A DNA stretch of 64,000 bases from Octopus sinensis (GCF_006345805.1 NC_043013.1:44268001-44332000), one strand, 5' to 3'. Shown: positions 1 to 12,842, counted from the first letter of the stretch. The notes: generated by a model from the letters alone, not told the origin. Numbers and translations are program-made.

Positions 1-558
1 GGTACTTTATTTTATCGATCCTTGAAGAACAAAAGGCAAAGTCAACATAGGGCAGAATCTGAACTCAGAATTAAAAGAGTAAGAAGAAATGCCACTAAGC
101 ATTTTGTCAATCTGTCTGTCTGTATTTATCTGTATGTGTGTGTGTGTGTGTGCTTAGGTACGTGAGTATATGTGGTTCCAGATCTTATGAAATATGTCTC
201 TGTTTATTAATTCTAAAGTGGCACCAAAGCCTAATGTTTTTCTTTCTCGGCTTTTGGGAGGTGACTGGATGGTGATGGGATTTTTTTTTTTAGCGGTGAG
301 TTTTTCTTTTAGTATGACTGGTGATTGTGATGATGATGGTGGTGGTGGTGGGGGCTTGATGATAATGATGATGACTGAAATCTGTAAAGTAATAAAGGTG
401 GAGTGGTGGTGGTGGTGGTGGTGGAGTTGTTTAAAAGTCAAGCATACTCCAATAAGTAAGTAACTAACTAAACAAACAAACAGATAAATAGATGGAGTCT
501 GTAACTTTATCATCTGATTTTATTTATTCAACTAAGCAGAATAAACAACAGCAATGGC

Positions 559-606
<48 letters not shown>

Positions 607-952
607 TATAATAATGACGGCGATGATGATAATAATAACAACCTTAATAATTATTAACACCATCATCATCATCTTTATTTGCAATGAGGTCTTTGCAAAG
701 AAGGACCATTACAAAAATGAAACTTGAAAACCATAAAGAGCTGGGAGGAGCCCCAAATATATAAGGTATTAATATAAGTATAAATAAGTATAAATTAAAT
801 TCTTTATTTTTACTGGACTGTTCGGGGTCATTCTGAATTACCACTCTTAAGGGTTTTAGTTGATTCTATGGAAACTGGTATTTATTTCAGTTTGGTTACA
901 TATTTTAGTGGTGTCTATTTATAGAATGGCTAAGTTCACTTTGTTTTTTTAA

Positions 953-1287
953 CTCTTTTGTTACCAACCCGGCTGAAACCGCCTCTGGCTTTGTGGTACA
1001 AATGTCTTGTTTTCAAAAGTTCTGAATTAAAATCTTTCATCAAACTTTAGTCACAATTTATGTTCCTAACACAAGCTTAATGATAACTAAGTTATTTTAC
1101 TAAATTCTTTGTTACATTTAAAATTAATTGATGGAATAATTGAAATCTTCCACCAAACTTTAGTCACAATTTATGTTCCTAACACAAGCATAATAATAAC
1201 TAAGTTATTTTACTAAATTCTTTGTTATATTTAAAATTAATTGAAAGAAACTCAGAGCATCTCAACAGAAATATGGTTACAAAAGGG
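953..1287. mobile_element. piggyBac-like MITE with internal ~113-bp tandem duplication
   Basis: TTAA at 949-952 and 1288-1291; ends CTCTTTTGTTACCA...TGGTTACAAAAGGG are imperfect inverted repeats; same family as 53446-53665 and 30949-31165. Confidence 0.75.
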
Positions 1288-1457
1288 TTAACATAAAGGG
1301 CTGTATATGTGTATGCATTTTTCAGATTCCTGGATTTTCAGTTACATGGTACTTCATTATTATGTAAACTGCTAGTTGATTCCAGTTGGGGAGCTTACCG
1401 TGAAAGTTGTATGATTATTTGAATTCATATATTTTGTTACTCTTATACATATCTATA

Positions 1458-1665
1458 TCATCATCATCGTTTAATGTCTGCTTTCCATGACAGCATGGAT
1501 TGGACAGTTTGATAGGAGCCAGTCTGATAGAAGACTAACCCAGGCTACTGTGTCTGTTTTGGCACAGTTTTTATGACTGGATGCTCTTCCTAATACCAAC
1601 CACCTTACAGAGTAAACTGAGTGCTTTTTATGTGGCACCAGCACAGGCGAGGTCAGTTTTGGAAT
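1458..1665 (-). mobile_element. SINE-like family C copy ((GAT)n tail), partial
   Basis: (CAT)n-CGTTTAATGTCTGCTTTCCATG...CTGGATGCTCTTCCTAATACCAACC shared with 3857-4130, 44316-44600, 63337-63800. Confidence 0.75.
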
Positions 1666-1684
1666 GGTATTTACAGCTGAAGGC

Positions 1685-1914
1685 GGCGAGCTGGCAGAAA
1701 CGTTAGCTCGTCGGGTGAAATGCGTAGCTGTATTTCATCTGGCATTATGTTCTGAGTTCAAATTCCGCCGAGGTCAACTTTACCTTTCATCCTTTCAGGG
1801 GGTCGATAAATTAAGTACCAGTTATGCACTGGAGTCGATGTAATCAACTTAATCTGTTTATCTGTCCTTGTTTGTCCCCTCTGTGTTTAGCCCCTAGTGG
1901 GCAATAAAGAAATA
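1685..1914 (+). mobile_element. tRNA-type SINE family A, near full length
   Basis: Head GGCGAGCTGGCAGAAACGTTAGC, B-box-like GAGTTCAAATTCC, tail GGCAATAAAGAAATA; about 10 copies in window. Confidence 0.85.
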
Positions 1915-2313
1915 TATATATATCAGATACATTGGATAATGTAGTCCTAGATAGATTATGTCCGAAAATAAGTCAGGTTCAGAATTCTTTTGTTCATAAT
2001 TCTGCTCAGTAAGAACTGACTCAAGGCTAAAAGAACAACAATAATAAGCATGAACCAAGAAAGAAAGCCTCTTCTTGCTAGAAATAATGACCAAGTCACT
2101 CTCATATCACACCTAAATGCCTTAAAAGGTGATGGCTTCACTGGATAATGCGAGTCTGGATGCATACTATTGCCTCTCTTTTTCTTTTGTACCTTCTTAT
2201 CTTTCTTTCTCCACCTTGTGTCTTCCTCTTCCTTCTCCTTCTATCCCTCCTTTCCTTCTTCCTTTTGTTGTTTCTTCAGCATGAGAAGTAATGCAAGGCC
2301 TGTAGTCCTTCCC

Positions 2314-2397
<84 letters not shown>

Positions 2398-2865
2398 CTA
2401 CTTATATACTTTCCTTTCTGATGGCTAAATCCTCTCTCTCTCTCTCTCTCTCTCTGACTGGGGGAGAATTCATTTGCATACCTGGTCACTGAATCAAATT
2501 GTCCTAGACAGTAAGTACAGAGAGCCTCTTTATGCCACTTCAGTGTTTGAGCTCATTAAGTCAGCATTCATAACAGGTCGTCCATGGTTCCTTTTCCTCG
2601 GTGGTGGCTTACATACACACACACACTCAATACAGTGGTGCAACTGTATTGACAGACAGATTGAGCGAGATCTGATGCCAGTGAGACTGTTAGCTAAATA
2701 AAGATAGCTTTAGACAGTAGATTAAAAATAGATATCAATAGATGGATTAATAGCTAAATAGAAAGATAAATATAGTCCAGTGTGAACTAACATACTTATT
2801 GGAGGGAGAGAAAAATAATACTTAATTGAAAACACCATTGTAATGAAAAGGAATGTCTTAAAAAT

Positions 2866-3668
2866 CTTTTATCTTATTTTTTACTTGTTTCAATTATTAG
2901 ACCGTGGGGATCTTTTCGGTTTGAACGGCAGTTTTTTCTAGCGGTGTCATATGAAATTGTCACCCATAATTATGACCCTAGTATCAATCTATTGCATTTC
3001 AATCTGTTTTAGGGTTAGGGTTAGGGGTGGGGGGAAGGGTATCTTTTTTTCTTCACAAATGTAAATAAACCCAATTTGTTTCTTAAACGAGTGACATATT
3101 CATACGGCACAGAATGTTTTTCACCTCAATAGACGTCGTTGATTGGTTGAAATTGCAGAAATTGAAGAAAAAAAAATAACAAATATCTTAACAAACCATA
3201 GAATTTTCTCAATAAAGCCAAGAGAAAAAAATGTTTTATAAACACATTCTACCAGTATACGAAGTTTAAAAGTGTTTAGTTACATGGAAATTATGTTAAA
3301 AACTGCCGTTCAAACCGAAAAGATCCAACTGTGGCCATGCCGGGGCACTGCCTTGCAGAAATTTTAGTTGGATGGATCAACACCAGTACCTTTTTATTTC
3401 TTAAATGTAGTACTTATCCTATTGGTCTCTATTACTGAACCGTTAATGTTATAGTGACATACACACCAATGCCAGTTGTCAGGTGGTGGACTTGGACACA
3501 CACACAACAGGCTTCTTTCAGTATCCCTCTACCAAATCTACTCGCAAGGCTTTGGTCAACCCAGGGTTATAGTAGAAGATGCATGCCTAAGGTGCCATGC
3601 AGTAGGACTGAACCTGAAATCATGTGGTTGGGAAGCAAACTTCTTGCCACACGGCCATGCTTGCACCT
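2866..3668 (-). mobile_element. Older SINE family B copy split by a MITE
   Basis: TTTTACTTGTTTCA...GTGGCCATG tail and CTTCTTTCAGT...GGACTGAACC head of family B, interrupted at 2908-3326. Confidence 0.75.
2908..3326. mobile_element. MITE with perfect 29-bp TIRs and 8-bp TSD
   Basis: GGATCTTTTCGGTTTGAACGGCAGTTTTT ... AAAAACTGCCGTTCAAACCGAAAAGATCC; flanks GACCGTGG / AACTGTGG; internal TTAGGG repeats near 3010. Confidence 0.85.
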
Positions 3669-3856
3669 TTATTACGAATTTTCTCAAGGAAGACAAAGAA
3701 GAACATTCCAGCATTTAAATTGATTGATTGATTGATTGATTGATTGATAGTGTTTTTCACTCCACAGGGAAATATCGTATAATACAACATAGTCCTGTTT
3801 ATAACTGGTGTGTGTTACAGCCAGAGATGTAAGGTGTGTATAAATTTATATTGAAC

Positions 3857-4097
3857 ACCGTGCCGGTGGCATGTAATGAGAGCACCATCCGACCATGGCC
3901 GTTTGCCAGCCTCGTCTGGCACCTGTGCCGGTGGCACGTAAAAAGCACCCACTACACTCATGGAGTGGTTGGTGTTAGGAAGGGCATCCAGCCGTAGAAA
4001 CATTGCCAGATCAGACTGGGCCTGGTGCAGCCTTCTGGCTTCGCAGACCCCAGTTGAACCGTCCAACCCATGCCAGCATGGAAAGCGGACGCTAAAC

Positions 4098-4129
<32 letters not shown>

Positions 4130-4130
4130 C
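3857..4130 (+). mobile_element. SINE-like family C 3' part with (GAT)n tail
   Basis: GTGCCGGTGGCACGTAAAAAGCACC...CATGGAAAGCGGACGCTAAACGATGATGAT. Confidence 0.8.
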
Positions 4131-4701
4131 TATGTTTAAGTTTTATCCTTGTTAATGGCAATATAACTAAATATACAAACCAGCAATCAACACACACATA
4201 CAACATGCAAAAAAAATCAGCCATTACAGAAAGCAGGAGTTAAACTGTTAAATAATTTTAAAACTGGTGATGACAATTTTATCAGCTGTGACATCATTCT
4301 CATGAGCCTTTGCTGCCTACCACAAAACACATCAGCAATGTACCACTGTCATCATTTCATTCTGATAACGAAAGAGGGTGAATCTTGAAATGTAACTGAA
4401 CTTTGAAGCGTTATTGCTTCAAACTAAATCAAAAGGGCCGCTAAGGAGATATTAAAACTCCTGCTGCAAAAGGTATTTTCAATCGCCAGGCCTGGTCAGC
4501 GTTTATGAGAGATGCAGCATTGAGGATGAATGAAGCCAGCTCAACCCATCCCGGGTGAATGCTGTATAAGAAGAAGAGAGTATTTTCAATCTAAAATGTT
4601 TGAAAGGAAATCTTTATGTATGTGTGTGTGTGTGTGTATAGGTGAAGTTTGTGACAGGAAGGGTCCTGGCTCTAAAACAATGCCTCAATGTCTGTCTAAC
4701 C

Positions 4702-4916
4702 CAGTGGTTCTCAACTGGGATCCATATAAAATTTTGTTAAAATTTATGTCCAATTAATTGCTTACGCTTCTACAATACACAAATTTTTATACAATTACTA
4801 GTAATATTTAACTATGAAAATATATGATTTTTTAAACACTGAAAGGGTAGGAGAGTCCATTTAAACAAAATAGGAGTCTAAGGGATCCATAAATAAAAGA
4901 TGGTTGAGAAACAATG
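4702..4916. mobile_element. hAT-Charlie-like MITE
   Basis: TIRs CAGTGGTTCTCAAC / GTTGAGAAACAATG; 8-bp TSD GTCTAACC / GTTTAACC. Confidence 0.75.
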
Positions 4917-5969
4917 GTTTAACCCTCACCACCATGGAAAAACGGGCATAAAAACAAATGTATGAATTAATATACACACACACAACTCATTTTTAATATT
5001 TATATATTTTAGCAGGAGTTTCCCGAGCATATAATTAAATCCTCAAACAGGAAAAAAAACCCTGTACTCTTCTATCCTATTCTATATTCTTCCTACTGTT
5101 GTTTTGTTAAAACCAATGGATAAATATGTCATTGGGAATCCACTGGAGTTGAGGAAGGCTGGCTGACAGATTCAACTTTTATGAACCTATGCTTAACTTT
5201 GGAGACCAATAGCAAGTGATCCACAAATCCAGGCAATGCTGCTCGCTTAGATGGCTTGGAAGGACTGCATCTTCCACATGATTCATTTTTAGATTGGTTT
5301 ATGGTTGAATGCCCTTCCTAACATAAACCACTTTACAGAATGTGTTAGGGGCTTTTTCCACAGCACCAACATAATGGAAGGTCTTCATCCCCTTACAGGT
5401 TACCCTAAGTATTGGGTGAACTTTTCATGTTGAGAACATAACCTAAATCATGCCTTCAGTGTGACTAAGGTGATCTTACAGCACTTGGTCTCTGCTTGCC
5501 AGCGTTTTTACAGGGAGGGAGGCAAGAATGAAAGATAGTGAGAAGAGGGATGTGTGGTAGAGGGATGAGTGATGGGGTATTCAATATTCTGAGATCTGTA
5601 TTCAGTGCAGGGTGAGAACAGAAGATAAACTGACTCAAGTGATGGAACAATGACAGAGATATAGGATGTGGGGGAGAGAAGGCGCAAGAATACAATGATA
5701 GAGTGAAAACGGGTGGTGGGAGGCAGTATAGGAGAGGAGGATGAAGGTAGAATGTACAGGGTGCAACTGATCCAATGCATTCAAGTATTTTTTGTCATGA
5801 GCAAGTGAATTTTGGAAGAGGGACCTTGTGAGTCTACCAGATGGATGGATAAGCATTGTAAAAAATGAGAGTATATTTTAGATTAAAAAAGAACTTTTTT
5901 TATCTTAATTTTGAAAAATAAAAGACATATAAAAAAATGCATTAATTATGGGATCACCCAAAATATATA

Positions 5970-6477
5970 TATAATTATAATCAGGGGTCAGCTAATTGCT
6001 TCAACACGCACCGAATTTAGAAATAGGAGTTAAAATGCCTTTTTTGAAATATAATTTATTTCTTCATCGAAAACTGCAGTTTCTGCGGTATTACTCGTAA
6101 CACACACGTGGGTATTGAGGATAAATATGTGCTCCCATTCGGCTGTATATATTTGAAAGTGTTGGTTGAATATCTGTAATGTGGTGATGCTTGATCACGT
6201 ACATATTTAATTCTAATGCTCTCAAATTTATATCTTGAAATGCTGCACTGAAGATGAGAAATAAGTAAATATTACTTTACTTTAATCTTGAAATGCGTAT
6301 GTAGCTAATCTGAGTGATGTAGATTCATTATTTTTTTTCTTTTTGCCTACGTAAAATGATGTAAAAAAGTGTGTTACTGTCTGGGAGAACTCTATGGTAG
6401 TAGAAAAGGCATTTTAACTCCTATTTCTAAATTCGGTGCATGGTGAAGCTATTAGCTGACCTCTGATTATAATTATA
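5970..6477. mobile_element. 508-bp foldback element with ~74-bp terminal inverted repeats
   Basis: 5970-6043 (TATAATTATAATCAGGGGTCAGC...TAAAATGCCTTTT) is the near-exact reverse complement of 6404-6477. Confidence 0.8.
6054..6264 (+). ncRNA. Candidate hammerhead ribozyme, permuted (type II order)
   Basis: GAAA 6069-72, palindrome CTGCAG, UC at 6082-83; helix I TGCGGTATT(6084-92)/AATGCTGCA(6239-47), 9 bp with 2 GU; CTGAAGA 6248-54; helix II 6054-68 with 6255-64 (bulged). Confidence 0.55.
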
Positions 6478-6594
6478 GAATATCTGTATAATTTTACCTA
6501 AAAAGGTTATTTTAACGTACCCAACTACTTGGTAAAATTATTAATTATTAATTAATGAATTAATTAATTTTACCCTTTTATTATCATTTTTATT

Positions 6595-6626
<32 letters not shown>

Positions 6627-6650
6627 TACACATACATACATACATAGACG

Positions 6651-6701
<51 letters not shown>

Positions 6702-9499
6702 GCATATGCACACATGAACATATATATAATATACATTGTATTTTGGTGGTTTTTGAGTGTGTGTATATATACACTTCTGGAATGTTTATAGATGTTACTG
6801 TATCCTAATGTTTTTGCCTTTTATATTACCCTTATGGCAAAGTAAATACAAGATTATTATTACAATTAAGTCGAGTGCCAGGAATGGAAAACTGCTGGAC
6901 CAAGTAAATATCTCACAGTACTTTGCTTTGTCCCCCTACATTTTTAAGAAGTTTGCTCTGCAATTATATGGTCTTCTGTGGGGGGTTCCATCCCACAGTG
7001 CAACATCATGGACAGGTATTTTCTGCCACAGCCTTTTGTTGAACTAAAGCATTGTGAAGGAAATTCTGTGGAAGCCTGTCAGAGTGGAGGAAGCTATTCT
7101 GGGTTTTGAGTTCTAGACATAATCTATTGCTTAGTTTAACACCACTTTGCCCTTGGGCCAGAATGAGATGAATGGGTGTGGCTGTTTGGATACTGGTGAT
7201 TTGTCCCAGCTAACTGGGCATTCAGCTTGTTTATGCAACAGTACTTTTTGGCACTGGAGGCACACACACACACGTACATGAGCACATAGAAATATACACA
7301 TACAGATAAAGAAAGTACGTGAGAGAGAAAGACTGACATAATACCTACAAACATGACTAGATGCTCGTATACAGAGAGAGAGACCATGATCAACATAAAT
7401 GCTTTCGCCTCCCATACACATAAAGAGTAATATGCTCATATGCACAAACAGAGAAAAACATTAAAATGTCTGATGTCAAATAAGTCAGCATCATATCAGT
7501 GGCATCAAAATGGCTGTACCACAACATTTCCTACCCATCTTAGGTGCACCTAACCTAACAGGGTCAACTCTGTGATAGATATTAGGGCCAGGTCTCTGAT
7601 CAAAAGAAAAATTCCTCCCTTCATTCCACCAGCTTCAGAGGTTGTGTTCTTTTCTCACTAACTAACCGAGTGAAAGAAAATCTTGATAGAAATGACTTGG
7701 TCCTTCAACCTGCCAGAGTTAATAAAAGAATCAGCAACCATCTTCTAGGAGTTAATTCAATGACCCATTATAACCACTCTCGTACAAATTTGTAACCTTG
7801 CAGCTTATTGTTTTCACTGGCACACCAGTTATTATAATCAAGTTCTGACATAATTGTTTGAACATTAGAAGAAAAGCCTTGAAGTATTTAGTCCAACTCT
7901 TTATATTTTGAGTTCAAATCTTCCTGATGTCAACTTACTTTGCGGCTTTTCTGGAGAGGTAAAAAGCCTTGCTATTTAGAATTTTATTGTATACATGTTT
8001 TTATGTAATCTTTTATTTTGCTTTACTTATTAGTGGTTCAATATGCCTACATCTGTCAGCAGCTCTGGTATGCACCCATCCCTCCTAAATTTTTGAAAAC
8101 ACATAGACTGTTTTAAAAACAGAGAAAAATGACAACTAGACAAACAGCTGTAGTACAAACAGCTAAAATTTCAAAAACACAAAAGAAAAAGCAGCAACAC
8201 AAAATTTAAATAACAATAACAAAGTATCATCATTAGCAACAGCATCAACAGTAAATCATCTTTTACCAGTGTTGTAAGCCAAAAAGAAACACTAAATAGG
8301 GATCAACTGAAGCATAAGAAGAAGTGTGAAAGAGCTGTCATAAAAGACTGCCTTTCTACCTGAGGAATTTACTCAAGAAATGGCCAGGAGGAAATGACAC
8401 GTCATTGTTTTTCAAAATACGAAGGTTTCTACATGCTTTTGAAAGAGTTTAAGGAAGGCCCGGCTAATGTTTGACAGGATGTTTTCTCTCTCAGCAGGGT
8501 CAGAGCATATGGAACATATGCTTATTATTTAAGATGAAGAAGGCAAACAGAACTCCTGTGCTAGAGGCCTTCCAACAGGATGGTGCTTCAGTACCTGGGT
8601 AGAATAAACACAAAAGTCATGGTCAGAAAAATCAGTGCCAACGGGAATTCTTAGTTCGGAGTCACCTTTATGCAAAAGTACAGATAGGTCATCAGTGTGG
8701 ATGTGACTTGCAGCAATATTTAGTTAGGCTGGGGTGTGCCTGAACATCCAATGTCTGATGACACCCCACTCCTTGAAGACCAAAAGGTTGGTTATCCAAG
8801 AATTTATACCCTGTATTAGGAGTTGAAAGGTATTCAGTCAAAATAAAAGTGCAGGGTAGAAAGTTCACTTGCTACACATGTGGGTGGATGACCCACATTA
8901 GAATCTTTGCCCAATTAGATAACAGCAAAAACGAGGAAGGAGGTGATTGACAGTAGCAGAGAAATATGATTATTGTTGCCAGAGTTGTCATATTTGAAGC
9001 TCAAAGGATAAAGTGGAAGTTAATAAAATCACATTTTCTTTTAGGGGTTGATAAGATTGTCAGAGATTCTGCATAGCATTTCCACCCCATAGTTTTGTGG
9101 TAATAGGAAAGAGATGGAAAACTATCTGAAATAGCAAAAATATGAAGGAGCAAAAATAAGAATAACTCTAGAGTGAAGGCAAGTAGGATACCGTAGGTCC
9201 TTTATAAAAAGAAACCTTGCTCTTGAGAAAACCTGGATTTGTGGTTATTACAAGATGAGAAACTAATAAATCTGCTGAGAAGCAAAGAGATAACAAGAAA
9301 AAGAATGGCTGAAACCATGAAGTATTCTACATTCTCTGAGACAAGCCCATTGTAGTTCAGGCTTCCACTGCTAGAAGTCACTTGATGCAACCCTCAGGCA
9401 TCAGTCTGCCAACCAGCGTTGTCCAGTGGGGTCATACTGCTACATGGTGCATTTTTCTTTTGCAGTGCTTCTCTCCTGTTCATCAACTTTTGTTATCGC

Positions 9500-10088
9500 T
9501 GAAATGAAGGAACAGCATGCTTCCATGAAATTCTGTTTTCTGCTGGGGAAAACAGCGGCCAAAACAGTTGTCATGCTTCAAACAGCTCGTAAGTTTATGA
9601 GTGGCTTTCATGCTTTAGGAATGGTCACTTGTCACATGAGTACCAACCTCATTCAGGGCAACCGTCGACCTCCTGAACAGATGTTCATGAATTGATCTTG
9701 GAGGACCATCACAGGACAAATGACAAACTTGTTGATATGATCGGTGCTTCCTGGAGCTCCTGCCAATGAATTTTGAGCAAAGAATTGCAAATGAAAAGAG
9801 TTGCAGCAAAATTTGTGCCTCGCTTGCTCACGGAAGATCAAAAGCACTCATGACTGAATGTATGTTGTGAACTGAAAGAACAATTGGAAGTTGATCCAAA
9901 CCTTTTTTCAAAGGTCATCACTGGTAATGAAAGCTGGTCCAGGACTGCTTTAAACAGTGGAAAATGCATCTGGACCGATGCATTGATTGAAATGGAAAAT
10001 GCTTTGAAGGCAATAAAAGTTTAAACATGCAAAACTAAGTGAATAAAATAATATTGCAAAATTCCAGTTTCTTTTGGGTACCCCCTTG
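9500..10088 (+). pseudogene. mariner transposase relic with the catalytic centre deleted
   Basis: MKEQHASMKFCFLLGKTAA..., AAKFVPRLLTEDQK, KVITGNESW, then a direct jump to C-terminal QDCFKQWKMHLDRCI; 3' TIR ...CTTTTGGGTACCCCCTTG followed by TA. Confidence 0.8.
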
Positions 10089-10860
10089 TATGTATATAAA
10101 GATATATAATTAACATTGGGTGGGGAGGGGGGAATATATATATATATATATATATATATCATCATTATTTAATGTGTGCTTTTCCCTGCTTGTATGAGTC
10201 AGAATTTGTTGGGGCAGATTTTCTATGTCCTCATGCTCTTCCTGTCACAATTCCTCACCCAAGTAAGTTAATATTTCCCGAGGCCAAACATGTTTACCAC
10301 AGAAGACTGAAAACAAATGACATTGCTTGTATGACAGTGAAGCTTATTTATGACATTGTATGATATCAAGACAAGGGTACATACAAATACAGATGAGCTC
10401 AGACACATACACACATAAAAGGCTTCTTTCAATGTCCATCCAACTATCCACTCAGAAAGCTTTGGTTTACTTAGGGCTATAGGGGAAGACATTTGCCAAA
10501 GGTACCACACAGCGAAACTAAATCCACAACCACACACCCACACCTGTGGACATATATGAAGGCTCGTGGCTCAGTGGTTAGAGAATCAGGCTTACAATAA
10601 TGAGGTTCAGTTCCAGGACTAGGTTGTGTGTTGTTTTTCTTGAGCAAGACCCTTTCTTTCATGTTGCTCCAGTTCACTCAGCTTGGACAACATTGGTGGC
10701 ATGGAGAAAGGAAACTGGTATGCATGGGGTGACTGCTGGTCCTCCACAAACAACCTTGCCTGGATTTGTGCCTTGGAGGGGAACTTACCAGGTGCAATTC
10801 TATGGTCATTTGTGACTGAAGGTGTCTTTACATTTATATATATATATATATATATATAAG

Positions 10861-11702
10861 ATGAGATGGGTAAATTGCCACCATTTTATGTTTTTAATTT
10901 CTTGCATGCACATTGTTTGTTTTCGATTTTGTCAACTACACAGTATAGTAGGGTCAGTTGGGCACTGTCTGTGAGAAAAACAGCACCATGACGCAATTCA
11001 CTTTGCCAGAAATTTGGAAATTATATGCCATACTTTTTGGCATTCGTGCTGGAAGCTCCAATGCAAACATTTCAGAGTGTTTTGGTGTCAATCTAAGAAC
11101 ATGTACTGAGGGTGATAAAAATCAAACATACAGTCAGCATCATAGTATTTTGAGTGATCACTAGTGATTGTGACATTATGCCTGCATTCATCTTCCCACA
11201 CCACCTCAGACTTTACACAGAGGCTTACATCAAGTACCTGGAGGAGGTAGTGCTGCCCTGAGTGAAGAGGGTGGCTGCTGGGAGACCCTATGACTGGCAA
11301 CAAGACTATGCCCCATGCCACACAAGCAGGAGAACCCAGTCATGGCTGTCAGACAATTTCTGCAACCACACCACTCTTCAAATCTGGCCACCTAACACCC
11401 CAGACTGCAACCCCCTTAATTATTATGTGTGGGGCACAGTTGAGCGAGAGACCAACAAAACTCCTTGAAACACCAAAGATGAACTGAAGGCAAGGATTAT
11501 GGCAGCATCCCGAAGAATTGCAGGAGATTCCAAAGTCTTCTGGAGTTCATGGTTGAAGCCAATGGCGATTTTATTGAATGAATTTACTCTTTAGTATTTC
11601 AAGATATTTTTATGTAGTTTTGGTGAATATATCTGTTAAAATGAGATGTCAGTGTTATTTTCATTTTTGGGTAATTTAGACGACAGTTTATTCACTGCAC
11701 CC
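10861..11702 (+). mobile_element. Degenerate maT (DD37D)-type Tc1/mariner element
   Basis: WQQDYAPCHTSRRTQSWL...WPPNTPDCNPLNYYVWG: 37 residues between the second D and the third catalytic position (N here); degenerate TIRs at about 10861 and 11678-11702. Confidence 0.75.
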
Positions 11703-11927
11703 GAGCTGGCAGAAACGTTAGCACGCCAGGCGAAATGCGAAGCCGTATTTTGTCTGCCGTTACGTTCTGAGTTCAAATTCCGCCGAGGTCGACTTTGCCT
11801 TTCATCCTTTCGGGGTCGATAAATTAAGTACCAGTTACGCACTGGGGTCGATGGAATCGACTTAATCCCTTTGTCTGTCCTTGTTTGTCCCCTCTGTGTT
11901 TAGCCCCTTGTGGGCAGTAAAGAAATA
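11702..11927 (+). mobile_element. SINE family A
   Basis: Near-consensus head-to-tail copy abutting the maT 3' TIR. Confidence 0.85.
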
Positions 11928-11949
11928 TATATATATATATATATATATA

Positions 11950-12842
11950 GGTATGTTGATGCAAACAGGAAAAATAGAACTCAAAATACGAGTATATGTA
12001 TATTTCTTATTGATATTTTACAGTTACCTCTGGTGTTATGTGAATGCGTTAAGTAATATCTAGATTATGTTTGTATGATTAATATATTCATACGCAAATA
12101 TTTTGTTTGTGCATATGTATATATATATATATGTGTGTATGTGTGAATATTTATATTTCGTACCTTGTTTCGTGAATTTTTGTTATGTTAGTAAACATGA
12201 ATATAGTGCGTGTTTTCCGTTTAATATTATCGTTAAAACAATAATACTGTTGGTACTGTTAAACGTGGTAGTATATATACATTAGAATGCATTTACTTGA
12301 CTATATGACGCATAATATACCCAATGTAATGTAATATATTGTTCAATGTTGTTCTTTATGTATTTTATGCATGTGAATAGTATGTACAATTTGCCTATGT
12401 ATGTACATGTATTTATATTTGTATGTTTTTATATATATATATGTGTGTCTGTGTATTTTGGATATTTGTCTTATTATTTATTTGTAAATATTGGATAATA
12501 AGTGAAGCATGTTTTGTATGTCAATATTATTATTATACTTTTCAAGTTAATTATATCCTCTGATGAGGCCTTTGATTATTTTAACATGCAAGTATAATTT
12601 TTAATGCCTAAAACCATAATACACTGACATCTATAGGCAATATAAGTTGAATTGACTCTTGACCATAGGCTGAAACAGCTGTAAGGAGTAGTTTATTTGT
12701 ATTTTTATTATTATATTACATATTGATTTATAATGTTTTGATTGATTTCTGATGTTCCCATTTGTATAATTAAGAAATAATGTAAAATTGTAATATCCGT
12801 AAGTTGATGAACGAGATGAATTTGTTTCTCCATTTTCTTATT

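Noticed and set aside
1956-2165. Minus-strand ORF with a hydrophobic signal-anchor-like stretch
   Set aside because: Ends in a stop with no usable splice donor, is short, and has no recognisable family motif
5465-5860. Minus-strand ORFs faintly resembling a CR1/L2 C-terminus
   Set aside because: Only a few residues match; cannot be supported without a profile search
8350-8830. CTGAGGA/CTGATGA motifs and a weak 'TDD' RT-like stretch
   Set aside because: Helices do not form; LINE homology too weak to call
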